Below, in pieces: positions 55,766 to 64,000 of a DNA stretch of 64,000 bases (within the stretch, counting starts at the first letter, position 1; each line of letters starts with the position of its first letter). The stretch comes from Candidatus Undinarchaeales archaeon (GTDB lineage: Archaea; SpSt-1190; JASMDC01): positions 100,567-164,566 of the forward strand of contig JASMDC010000002.1 of NCBI GenBank assembly GCA_030753015.1. The letters run 5' to 3'. Made by a program: the position numbers and the translations under genes. The notes below the pieces were generated by a model, which was not told where the DNA came from, made no database searches, and saw nothing but the letters and a program-made list of their open reading frames with translations.

Positions 55766-58126
55766 GTGATAGAGGGGACTCTCCCGAGCAAACGTCGTGC
55801 ACGAGGGCTCATTCTCGCACTAGTCCTTACCCTCACACTTGTCTCAGGGCGGATCTGGGAGACGAATACCCTTGATGACTTCCTGGTGATGGAGCGGGTC
55901 AATGTTACAAATCCTGGACCCGGGGGCTCCTTGCGCCTTGACTTCGATGCTCCCCTCTGGGATGTCTTCAATTCGAACTGGCCCTCGCTGGACGGATGGG
56001 GACGGAGGCAACATGACGTTAAGGCCGTGATTGACGTCGATCCACCGGGTACCCTGTTCATCTATGATGCGAACGACAAGGTGAACCCGCTGATTGTCAG
56101 GTCGGTGACCGTCCCCGACAAGAGCGACTGGACCCTGGAGACGACTTTCAGGATGGAGGAGCAGGGAGGTCTGAGGATCTGTGTCCATGCAATTGTTCGG
56201 GGTCCTTGCTTCGTGTTCCATGCCAATGGTATTGACAGGTTGGATGACGAGGACCGACGCTACCGTCAGTGGGAGGGCAAGACGGATACAGAGAACTACC
56301 ACGCCTGGCGCATCATGTTCGTCGGTGCCTCGGCCAGCTTCAATGTCTATCGAGACGGCATCAGACTTCTCTCCCACGGTGACGCCCTGCGGGGAACGGT
56401 AAGAGGCAGCCAGGTCAACACGATCAGGATCACGACTACTGGCACCAGTGCGCAACCCACTAAGGTCTATATGAAGAACCTTCAGATCGCCAGTGGAAAG
56501 CAGATGAAGCGGCTCAAGCAGGGAGTGCTCCTATCCCCACCCTTCGATACAGGGATGCCCGACACGATCTACACCACGCTCTCGTGGGATAGCGACTCAC
56601 CCTCACCGTGCACCATCAAGTTACAGACACGGAGCTCTGGTTCCGAGGCAGAACTCGAGGAAGCTACGTGGCTCGGTCCTGATAAGAATAACGACCACTA
56701 CACTGAACCGTCCACCGGGGTGAACAGCCTCCATTACGGGGACCAGTGGATACAATTCCGTACACTCTTCACTTCCGATGGTTTCTGTGAACCGGTGCTC
56801 AAAGGCATCCGGCTCTTCTACAGTAACACTACAGAAGTAGCGGACGATGAGGGTGAACTGGATGCCGCACTCAAGCTAATCTCCTCACAAAACTGCACCG
56901 TGCCCGTCGAGCTGAAGGACCGCTACTACAACGTCCTCCAGATGTACGACACTAACCTCAAGAGCAGCGCCTGGCGGCTGATGTTCCGTGTCACTGATGA
57001 CGATGCCACGCGGTTCAACACGTCCATGACGAAGATCGAGGACATCATGAAGGAGTGCAAAGCTCAGAGCGACCTGAACCTGGCCGACGTGGAGATCGGC
57101 AACATGGAAGAGAAACTCGACCTGAACATGCTCGACGCCATCACCGAGTGGATCGACATCTTCGGTCTCATCGGTATAATCTATCTGGGTCTCCAGTTCG
57201 CCAAGAAGCGTGTGATCGGTCACGAGGAGGTCGATATCATGCGGGGAGTCACACGCGAGGGTAACCACATAAAGATCGGCATCAAGGTACATAACCATTC
57301 CACCTTCTCCATAACCGACGTGGACGTGAACCTCGATGTCCCCGACGCCTTTGAGGTCGAGCACGGCTCGAAGCTCATCTCCCTTGGGGCCATCAAACCG
57401 GATGAGTTCCAATCGGCCATCTTCCTGCTCATTCCCCACCGGTGCGTCAACGCCAAGATAGGTGGCACCGTTGTCTACCACGACAACCGCGGGGAGCGCA
57501 AGATGGTGGAGTTCGATCCCATAAACGTGGGAAGCGTGTGCCCGTTTCTCGTCGGTGTCCCTATGAATACCGTGGCGTTCAAGAAGAAGATCGCGGAGCT
57601 GGAGTCGAACCAGCAGACCATCGAGCTAGCCATCCCTCCCAAGGAGGCGATCAAGCGTGTCGCGGAGCGGTTCTCGGGGATCCACACGGTCAAGCAGCTC
57701 GTGAACAAGGAGAAGCGCTCAGTTGACCTCATCTACTCGGGGATGGGCGCCTACTCCAAGAAGTTCCTGGGCATCTGGGTACGCATGGACCTTGGGCTCG
57801 GCGTGATCTACGTAACCGTGTTCGGTGAGAAGAAGGAGATGATCACCGGGCTCATCAGTGAGCTCGTGGACCACTTCAAGGACGAGAGCTCGGAGGAGGA
57901 CGCTGGCTATTACGCCCGTGCAAAGATTACACGTCCTGCCCATTACCACCGAGGGGACAAGAAGGCCGGTCCAAAGGACGCCTACGCTGGACGCTACCCT
58001 GCGGCCGGACGCTACCCGGCAGCTCCTGGAGCAGAGGACGAGGGGGAGAAGGACGCTGCTGACGAGAGCTCATCCGATAACAAAGAAGAAGAGGACCAGG
58101 ACATCTTTGGTGACGAGGGTCTCTAG
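55766..58126 (+). CDS. Single-pass membrane protein with lectin-like ectodomain and cytoplasmic Ig-like + alpha/beta module
   Basis: Signal peptide, beta-rich ectodomain, TM (IFGLIGIIYLGLQF), C-terminal domain paralogous to 17903..19282, acidic tail. Confidence 0.75.
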   Translation: MIEGTLPSKRRARGLILALVLTLTLVSGRIWETNTLDDFLVMERVNVTNPGPGGSLRLDFDAPLWDVFNSNWPSLDGWGRRQHDVKAVIDVDPPGTLFIYDANDKVNPLIVRSVTVPDKSDWTLETTFRMEEQGGLRICVHAIVRGPCFVFHANGIDRLDDEDRRYRQWEGKTDTENYHAWRIMFVGASASFNVYRDGIRLLSHGDALRGTVRGSQVNTIRITTTGTSAQPTKVYMKNLQIASGKQMKRLKQGVLLSPPFDTGMPDTIYTTLSWDSDSPSPCTIKLQTRSSGSEAELEEATWLGPDKNNDHYTEPSTGVNSLHYGDQWIQFRTLFTSDGFCEPVLKGIRLFYSNTTEVADDEGELDAALKLISSQNCTVPVELKDRYYNVLQMYDTNLKSSAWRLMFRVTDDDATRFNTSMTKIEDIMKECKAQSDLNLADVEIGNMEEKLDLNMLDAITEWIDIFGLIGIIYLGLQFAKKRVIGHEEVDIMRGVTREGNHIKIGIKVHNHSTFSITDVDVNLDVPDAFEVEHGSKLISLGAIKPDEFQSAIFLLIPHRCVNAKIGGTVVYHDNRGERKMVEFDPINVGSVCPFLVGVPMNTVAFKKKIAELESNQQTIELAIPPKEAIKRVAERFSGIHTVKQLVNKEKRSVDLIYSGMGAYSKKFLGIWVRMDLGLGVIYVTVFGEKKEMITGLISELVDHFKDESSEEDAGYYARAKITRPAHYHRGDKKAGPKDAYAGRYPAAGRYPAAPGAEDEGEKDAADESSSDNKEEEDQDIFGDEGL

Positions 58127-58135
58127 GCAGTTGCC

Positions 58136-59020
58136 CTATGGCTCGATGACCGGGACAAACTCTTCCGTACCCACGTCCTTTGCATAGGTCTTCCATACAC
58201 CGCAGCACGAGCTTCGGAGGGAACATCGTTCGCACTGGGGGGGGTAGGTGATGCGCCGCTCGATGACGGTGATCCCCGCCGAGAGATGGCGGTAGGCCGG
58301 AGCAATAACACAGGAGGGGATGTGGTACAGGGCCAGTGGAACCCCCCGTTCGACGGCAGCATCAGCGGCGCGCTCCACGTAGGGTGCGACGTCACGGTAC
58401 GGGACGATGAGCTGCTTCCGGTGGCGTAGGGCGTTGCCGATTATGTCCATGTACATTACGACCAGCTGCCCGATGCCCGGTGCCTCCCTGTACAGAAGGT
58501 CCGGGACGTCGACCACGCTCTTGTAGGTAAGCTCATGGAGCACATAGCGCACGTTAGTATGCACCCCTGCCGACACGAGGTTCCGGATGCCTTCCAGCGA
58601 CTGGATGAAGGAGCCCGGTGTACGGGTCACGACATCGTGCACCTCAGGGGAGGGGCCGCAAAGTGATACTTCGACCTCGTCGACACCAGCTGCCACCATC
58701 CGCTCCGTGTAGTCACGATAGGAGAACCTCCGACCATTCGTGAGGAGCCTGAACGGAGTGTCCGGGAACCGATTGTGCACATATCGTACGAGCTCCTCGA
58801 GGTCAGGGCGCAAGGTGGGCTCCCCGCCGGTGAAGATGATGATGTCCGGCTCATCGAGCCCATTGAGGTGGGTGATGATCTGTTCGGTGGTGGGATCCAC
58901 GTCCTTGGGAGGTGGCATGATGGAAGTGCACATGATGCATGAATTATTGCATGCGTTACCGAGACCTATGTCTACGATGCTCCTCCCTCCATCGCTGATA
59001 ATACCGCTCCATCCGTTCAC
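58136..59020 (-). CDS. Radical SAM enzyme, HxsC-like
   Basis: CNNSCIMC, TGGEPT, TNGR, HIPSC, C-terminal CERCSLRSSCCGVWKTY. The start is uncertain. Confidence 0.85.
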   Translation of the reverse strand: MNGWSGIISDGGRSIVDIGLGNACNNSCIMCTSIMPPPKDVDPTTEQIITHLNGLDEPDIIIFTGGEPTLRPDLEELVRYVHNRFPDTPFRLLTNGRRFSYRDYTERMVAAGVDEVEVSLCGPSPEVHDVVTRTPGSFIQSLEGIRNLVSAGVHTNVRYVLHELTYKSVVDVPDLLYREAPGIGQLVVMYMDIIGNALRHRKQLIVPYRDVAPYVERAADAAVERGVPLALYHIPSCVIAPAYRHLSAGITVIERRITYPPQCERCSLRSSCCGVWKTYAKDVGTEEFVPVIEP

Positions 59021-59924
59021 GCACCCGATCCGGCGGTGTGAATACCGGGAACAGTTCGTTCGTACCGTTGAGCTGTGCATACTCTACCCACATCCCTACA
59101 CAGAGTGGGTCTAGAAGGCAGCGTTCACACACGGCCGCCTTGCGTTTCAAGCGTGAATGTACGAATCCGTGGATATCGCGCCGTCGCTTACCTCCTGCAT
59201 AGGAGACAGGAGCGTCAAGGGCGCGCTGCGTCTCAGCGTTGTGATGCTCGTATCCCTGGAGATAGCACAAGGGCACCCCTTCCACCTCGTAGTACGCGTG
59301 CCTGTTCCGAAGGCGGTCCAGCGCATCGTAGAGGAACAGTTCGAGCTCTACCAGGCGAGGAACGAGTTCGGGGTGCTGGGCGCATGCACCATTAGGCCGC
59401 ACCATTCCCAGGAGGATGCGGTTCACTCTTGGGAATCGCTTGCCGATGAAGTCTACGAAGTCCGGGAGGGACCGGTATGTGCGTGCCGTGATGACGTGGT
59501 CGATGTTCGTCTCGATGCCGGCCGCCAGGAGCGTGTCGATACCGGTCAGCACCTTCGCAAGGTCGTCCTTTCCGGTGAGCTCGCGGTAGACCGCAGGATC
59601 GTGCGATGGGACGGACACTAATGCGATATCGAGCCCTGCCTCGTGCAGGCGGTCGACCGAGGATGCCTCTGACAAGTGAGCTCCGTGCGTCTGGAGGTCC
59701 ACGGGGAAGAGCCCGCGCTCCTTCGCCCGACGGACGATCTCCAGGAGGTCAGGGTGCAGGGTCGGCTCTCCACCGGTGATGGTCAGCCCCTCGCCCTTGG
59801 GCACTGCATCGACACGGGCCAGCGCCTCCTCTCGGGAGAGCTCTGGGTCGGGATCGTCCGCCACGGTGCAGTAGCGGCAGGCATGATCACAGGCATGGCC
59901 AAGGCGCAGGAGGTGGGTCGCCAT
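58956..59924 (-). CDS. Radical SAM enzyme, HxsC-like
   Basis: CDHACRYC, TGGEPT, EGVPLC, CERCLLDPLCVGMWVEY. Confidence 0.88.
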   Translation of the reverse strand: MATHLLRLGHACDHACRYCTVADDPDPELSREEALARVDAVPKGEGLTITGGEPTLHPDLLEIVRRAKERGLFPVDLQTHGAHLSEASSVDRLHEAGLDIALVSVPSHDPAVYRELTGKDDLAKVLTGIDTLLAAGIETNIDHVITARTYRSLPDFVDFIGKRFPRVNRILLGMVRPNGACAQHPELVPRLVELELFLYDALDRLRNRHAYYEVEGVPLCYLQGYEHHNAETQRALDAPVSYAGGKRRRDIHGFVHSRLKRKAAVCERCLLDPLCVGMWVEYAQLNGTNELFPVFTPPDRVRERMERYYQRWREEHRRHRSR

Positions 59925-59933
59925 GGTGGCCTC

Positions 59934-60866
59934 TCACTGGAGCAGCTCGAGCCGATCGGTGATGGGCTGGCCTGGCACGGGCACGAACTCTTCCCACCCG
60001 AATTTCTCGGGATACTCCTTCCATGGACCCTCGCAGATGGGATTGTAGCGGCATCGCGGGCAGTCCGGGCCCTTGAGCTTGGCGACGTTCCGACGGACTT
60101 CACTAAAGTTCTCGAGGACGCGATCGGCCTCACGGACCTCGGTCTCGGGGATGAAGAGTTCAGAGCAGAACTGCTCCCTGCCCACCATGAAGCAGAAGGG
60201 GTAGGCCTCCACCATCACTGACGTACCGGACTCGGCCCCCAGGTCGACCCCCTTGTGGACATAGGGCTGGATCACAGACTTCCGGGGGACGATCTCGTCG
60301 AAGTTCTTGTAGGCGTTCCCCTCCGCGTGGACGAAGGCGAACTGGTATTGCATGACTCCTATATCGATGAGTATCTGGGCGATCTGGGGCAGCTGCTCGT
60401 AGTTCTGACGCGTGATGACCGTATTTGTGAGCACGAGGAGGTCCATGTCGACTAGGTTACGGATGGCGCCCAACGTCTGCTTGTATGCGCCGGGGGCGCG
60501 AACGAGGTCGTCGTGCACCTCGGGTGTCGATCCGTGGATCGACGGAGAGAACTCATTGATACCCGCGTCAAGGAGCTTGTCGATGAAGTCCTTGTAGAAC
60601 AGCATCCTGCAGTTCGATTGGAGCTGGAGCCTGGTGAATCCTTGGTCCCGTGCGAACCTGATGAGCTCCAGAAGGTCCTTGCGGAGGGTGACCTCGCCGC
60701 CTGTGAAGACGATCTCCTTGGCACCCGAGCGAGCGCCGCTGACGATGTTCTCCTTGAGCTGTACTGTGCTCAGGTTCCCGAGTCTCCGCTTGTCAGCAAC
60801 CACACAGAACCGGCAGTTGTTGTTGCAGGCGAAACCAACCTTCAAATCAAGTCTCTTGATTCCCAT
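59934..60866 (-). CDS. Radical SAM enzyme, HxsC-like
   Basis: RLDLKVGFACNNNCRFC, TGGEVT, EAYPFC, CPRCRYNPICEGPWKEY. Confidence 0.9.
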   Translation of the reverse strand: MGIKRLDLKVGFACNNNCRFCVVADKRRLGNLSTVQLKENIVSGARSGAKEIVFTGGEVTLRKDLLELIRFARDQGFTRLQLQSNCRMLFYKDFIDKLLDAGINEFSPSIHGSTPEVHDDLVRAPGAYKQTLGAIRNLVDMDLLVLTNTVITRQNYEQLPQIAQILIDIGVMQYQFAFVHAEGNAYKNFDEIVPRKSVIQPYVHKGVDLGAESGTSVMVEAYPFCFMVGREQFCSELFIPETEVREADRVLENFSEVRRNVAKLKGPDCPRCRYNPICEGPWKEYPEKFGWEEFVPVPGQPITDRLELLQ

Positions 60867-60930
60867 GGCCAAGACATCCGAACGAGAGGCCAGCACAGTC
60901 CGAGCAGGCACTTGGGAAAGCCGAACGTAA

Positions 60931-60945
60931 ACTATTAAAGCTTTG
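60931..60945. promoter_or_regulatory. Putative TATA box of the divergent promoter in the Hxs cluster
   Basis: TATTAAAG (+) / CTTTAATA (-) in the 109-nt gap between the divergent operons. Confidence 0.5.
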
Positions 60946-60975
60946 CAAGGCCTTCCAGCCTCCGGGGTGCGTTCC

Positions 60976-61461
60976 ATGGCTAAGCGTGCGACTAAGAAGA
61001 AACCAGAACCTAAGGAGGATTCGAACGAGGGTTTCAGCGTGATTAACAATCTCGAGATCCACAAGAAGGAGGGGTACATCCTCGTCTCCGTGAATCCTCG
61101 TATCTATCCGCTCCAGATTATCTACTCGGCAGCCTATGTCCTCATGGACAGGGCGTACATAATCCTCGGCGGCGATCCGCAGGAAGAGGTCCTCGTGGAG
61201 ATCCGGCCGAAGAGCAAGCGGGAGAGCCTCGAGAAGCTCGGCAGGGAGTTCAACAACGAGCTCATCAACTACGCCGTGTACACGATCCAGACCGCGCGGA
61301 ACCAGGACGTGCGGGACGCCATCGTGCGCCGCGCATTCCTGACCAGCGAGAGTGTCGATGCCGGTACCGATCCGTGCGGGGACCCTCCCTCGGAGGGAGC
61401 CTCCTCGTACAGGGACGATCCTGAAGGGATCGCAAAGCCCTGGAGTGGAACGGAGGAGTAG
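60976..61461 (+). CDS. HxsD-like protein 1
   Basis: VNPRIYPLQIIYSAAYVLMDRAY...GREFNNELINY...R..I..RA; located upstream of hxsB. Confidence 0.75.
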   Translation: MAKRATKKKPEPKEDSNEGFSVINNLEIHKKEGYILVSVNPRIYPLQIIYSAAYVLMDRAYIILGGDPQEEVLVEIRPKSKRESLEKLGREFNNELINYAVYTIQTARNQDVRDAIVRRAFLTSESVDAGTDPCGDPPSEGASSYRDDPEGIAKPWSGTEE

Positions 61462-61464
61462 CGG

Positions 61465-61707
61465 ATGAAGATCGTCACCGTCGATAAGGATCTCAGGACC
61501 GTTGTGCTCGACCTTGATACCCGCTTCTATCCGATGGACGCGGTAATGCAGGCCTCCCAGGCCTATCTTGAGACCTGCTGGGTGTACGTTGACGGGGATG
61601 CCGAGGGCCTGGTGCGAGTGACCCTCACCCCACGAAGCAAGAAGATCAGGATTAACCAGCTCGGTTATGAGTTCCTGAACTACGTGCTCAGCGTCATGAA
61701 GGCGTAG
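61465..61707 (+). CDS. HxsD-like protein 2
   Basis: LDTRFYPMDAVMQASQAY...GYEFLNYVL; aligns by eye with the core of HxsD-like protein 1. Confidence 0.7.
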   Translation: MKIVTVDKDLRTVVLDLDTRFYPMDAVMQASQAYLETCWVYVDGDAEGLVRVTLTPRSKKIRINQLGYEFLNYVLSVMKA

Positions 61708-61711
61708 ATGC

Positions 61712-63139
61712 ATGGTAGAGACCTTCTTCGAGGGCCTCGGCGAGGGACCGCACCTCATCAACCGCTATCAGACGAAGCGGTTGGCGAAGGACAAGTACCT
61801 GATCACCGCTGATCATGGTTCGTGGGCGGTGCTCACCAAGCATGAGTACGACCTCCTTCGTCTGGGTCGCATCACCGAGGACCCGAACCTGATGCTCACC
61901 CTCCGTGGAATCGGCGTGATGGTGCATGAGAACGATATCGACAAGCTGGCAAAGCAGTACCGCAGTCGTTTCGCCCACCTCGACCGCGGCGTTGTGCTCC
62001 ACATAGTGGTCCCCACCCTGCGGTGCAACTTCAGCTGCGTATACTGCCATGCGAAGTCCCGGCCAATGGATACTACGGGCGTAGACATGGACGAGGAGAT
62101 GGCCCGCGCTACCGTGGACTTCATCATGCAGTCGCCTGGCCGGGACCTGACGCTCGAGTTCCAGGGAGGAGAGCCCCTAGCCGCCTTCGACATGGTCCAC
62201 TACATCACCGAATACACCAAGGACCAGGCCCGGCTCAAGAAGAAGCGGATGTCGTTCCTCATGGTCACCAATCTTTCCATGATGACGGATGACAAGCTTG
62301 ACTATCTAGCCGCCAACAGGTTCGGTCTCTGCACATCACTGGACGGGCCCGAGGAGGTCCACAACGCGAACCGAAAGTACTTCGGTGGCGCCGGCTCCTA
62401 TGAGAAGGTCACCTACTGGATCAACCGCATCCGCAACATCAAGCATGTGGGCCTCTCCGCCCTCCCGACCATCTCGAAGCACTCCCTTTCATACGGAAAG
62501 GAGATCGTCGACGAGTACGTGAAATGGGGTTTCCCCAACATCCGGCTCCGCCAGCTCAACGACGCAGGCTTCGCCGCCGAGCGATGGAAGGAAGTGGGCT
62601 ACTCGGCCGAGGAGTTCATGCGCTTCTACAAGGACACGCTCGACTACATAATCGAGCTCGATCGGTCAGGTGTTCGCATGCATGAGAACATGGCTACGAT
62701 CGTACTGCGCAAGATCCTGTGCCTGAACTCCTCCACGTACACGTGCTTCGGTTCGCCCTGCGGCGCAGCGCTCAACCAGGTGGCCTACACCCAGAAAGGC
62801 GATATCTTTGCCTGTGATGAGTCGCGGTCCTTCGATATATTCCGCATCGGTCATGTACAGAAGAATACCTACAAGGAGGTGTTCACTTCACCTCAGGTCC
62901 AACACCTCGTGGGGCTGACGTCCCATGTCTGCACCATGTGCGATACCTGCGTCTGGCTCCCCTACTGCGGCTCGTGTGCCGTGTGCACCTACGGATCGCA
63001 GGGGAACCTGGTGTCCAAGCTTCCCTTGGATAAGGAATGCGCGATCCGGGGCGGGCTCGTTGAGCACCTCTTCCGCAAGATCATCGAAAAACCCAAAGAC
63101 CGTAAGATCCTTCTCGATTGGGCACGGACGCTCGACTGA
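61712..63139 (+). CDS. hxsB: His-Xaa-Ser system radical SAM/SPASM maturase HxsB
   Basis: LHIVVPTLRCNFSCVYCH, EFQGGEP, TSLDGP, SPCGA..NQVAY...GDIFACDE, CDTCVWLPYCGSCAVC. The N-terminal extension is RRE-like. Confidence 0.9.
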   Translation: MVETFFEGLGEGPHLINRYQTKRLAKDKYLITADHGSWAVLTKHEYDLLRLGRITEDPNLMLTLRGIGVMVHENDIDKLAKQYRSRFAHLDRGVVLHIVVPTLRCNFSCVYCHAKSRPMDTTGVDMDEEMARATVDFIMQSPGRDLTLEFQGGEPLAAFDMVHYITEYTKDQARLKKKRMSFLMVTNLSMMTDDKLDYLAANRFGLCTSLDGPEEVHNANRKYFGGAGSYEKVTYWINRIRNIKHVGLSALPTISKHSLSYGKEIVDEYVKWGFPNIRLRQLNDAGFAAERWKEVGYSAEEFMRFYKDTLDYIIELDRSGVRMHENMATIVLRKILCLNSSTYTCFGSPCGAALNQVAYTQKGDIFACDESRSFDIFRIGHVQKNTYKEVFTSPQVQHLVGLTSHVCTMCDTCVWLPYCGSCAVCTYGSQGNLVSKLPLDKECAIRGGLVEHLFRKIIEKPKDRKILLDWARTLD

Positions 63140-63173
63140 ATGGATGACAGTAGCCTTATAAGCCGACGATAGA

Positions 63174-63227
63174 TTTATAAGGTAGCTAATCTATAGTATC
63201 TTAGAGAGAGAGTACTAGCCGGAGTGA
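63174..63227 (+). promoter_or_regulatory. TATA box and SD-like site for the precursor gene
   Basis: TTTATAAG at 63174-63181 and GGAGTGA at 63221-63227, ahead of ATG 63234. Confidence 0.55.
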
Positions 63228-63233
63228 TCACCG

Positions 63234-63572
63234 ATGACAAAGACACTACCAAAGATTCAGAAAACCATCAAGTCCTTCCTCGTCGAGGAGGAGGGCAGGA
63301 TCACGAAGAGAAACCTGTTTTCCATGGGGGCAATCCTCTCTGGCTACGCATTCTCCAGCCTGATTGCAAAGCCAGCGACGAGTTGGCATACCAGCCATGG
63401 GAGCCATGGTTCTCACGCGTCGCATACCAACAATCCGTACGATCACTCACAGAGCGCAGCGGGTATCCACTACTCCGGGTCGACGATTAAGGCAGTGCAC
63501 TCCCACTACGATCCCGCCCACGCCAATCATAACAGCCACACCTCGCACTCGTCCCACTGCAACAGCCATTAA
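63234..63572 (+). CDS. hxsA: His-Xaa-Ser repeat precursor peptide HxsA
   Basis: 112 aa with cores W-HTS-HGS-HGS-HAS-HTN and HAN-HNS-HTS-HSS-HCN-SH; directly downstream of hxsB. Confidence 0.9.
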   Translation: MTKTLPKIQKTIKSFLVEEEGRITKRNLFSMGAILSGYAFSSLIAKPATSWHTSHGSHGSHASHTNNPYDHSQSAAGIHYSGSTIKAVHSHYDPAHANHNSHTSHSSHCNSH

Positions 63573-63597
63573 GCCGGACGGGGATTCGTAGCGACAC

Positions 63598-64000
63598 ATG
63601 GTGCATCGCCTAGACCTTAAACTGGGCTACAGATGTAATAATAACTGCCGTTTCTGTGCTGTAGCCGACAAGCGGGGGCGCCGGTCCAAGGACCTATCAG
63701 AGGTAGAGAGGGACCTTCGCGCAGGTCGCGCCGATGGTGCCGACTTCCTTGTGCTCACAGGTGGCGAGCCGACCCTCGATCCCAAGCTTGTCGACATTAT
63801 CGCCATGGCGCATCGTCTCGGCTATCGGGACGTCCAGCTCCAGACAAACGCCAGGATGCTCAGTTATCGTGACCTCGTGGACGACCTGGTCGCGGCAGGC
63901 CTCACGCAGGTAGTGCCGGCCGTACATGGACACGTGGCCGCACTCCACGATCACCTCACCAAGTCGCCGGGCGCCTTTGACCAGGCCATCGCTGGATTAC
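63598..64000 (+). CDS. Radical SAM enzyme, HxsC-like (partial, runs off the window)
   Basis: Manual translation: MVHRLDLKLGYRCNNNCRFCAVADKR...LTGGEPT...QLQTNARML...HDHLTKSPGAFDQ. Close paralog of 59934..60866. Confidence 0.9.
   Translation, partial: MVHRLDLKLGYRCNNNCRFCAVADKRGRRSKDLSEVERDLRAGRADGADFLVLTGGEPTLDPKLVDIIAMAHRLGYRDVQLQTNARMLSYRDLVDDLVAAGLTQVVPAVHGHVAALHDHLTKSPGAFDQAIAGL

Noticed and set aside
57986-58021. 18-bp tandem repeat (AGRYPA x2)
   Set aside because: A short coding duplication in a disordered tail, noted only as part of the Tyr-tail observation.
63697-63954. 85-aa minus-strand ORF
   Set aside because: It is the antisense shadow of the partial radical SAM gene starting at 63598.

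Overview
GC-rich genomic DNA that is almost certainly archaeal. The signs are TATA/BRE promoters close to start codons, tRNAs without encoded CCA, archaeal GlmU, AlaX-M, FwdA/FwdC and an FlaI/TadA-type ATPase; the exact lineage cannot be fixed from sequence alone. The window holds about 55 CDSs, two tRNAs (His-GTG, Val-TAC), a decayed IS200/IS605 (tnpB) element, a flavoprotein pseudogene and a ~4.1-kb islet bounded by a 16-bp duplication of the tRNA-His 3' end. The main find is at the right end (58136-64000, continuing beyond the window): an expanded His-Xaa-Ser RiPP-like cluster. It has a His-rich precursor with an export-like leader, one HxsB-type radical SAM/SPASM enzyme, at least four HxsC-type radical SAM paralogs and two HxsD-like proteins. 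Other unusual items are an operon pairing a membrane-anchored PspA/ESCRT-III-like protein with a secretion/pilus ATPase fused to a 4x[4Fe-4S] ferredoxin; two membrane proteins sharing a cytoplasmic module resembling adaptin/COP appendages; orphan fwdA-fwdC; an sxtIJK-like carbamoyltransferase triad; and several Cys-rich or Tyr-tailed surface proteins. All family assignments come from motif recognition by eye; no searches were run.
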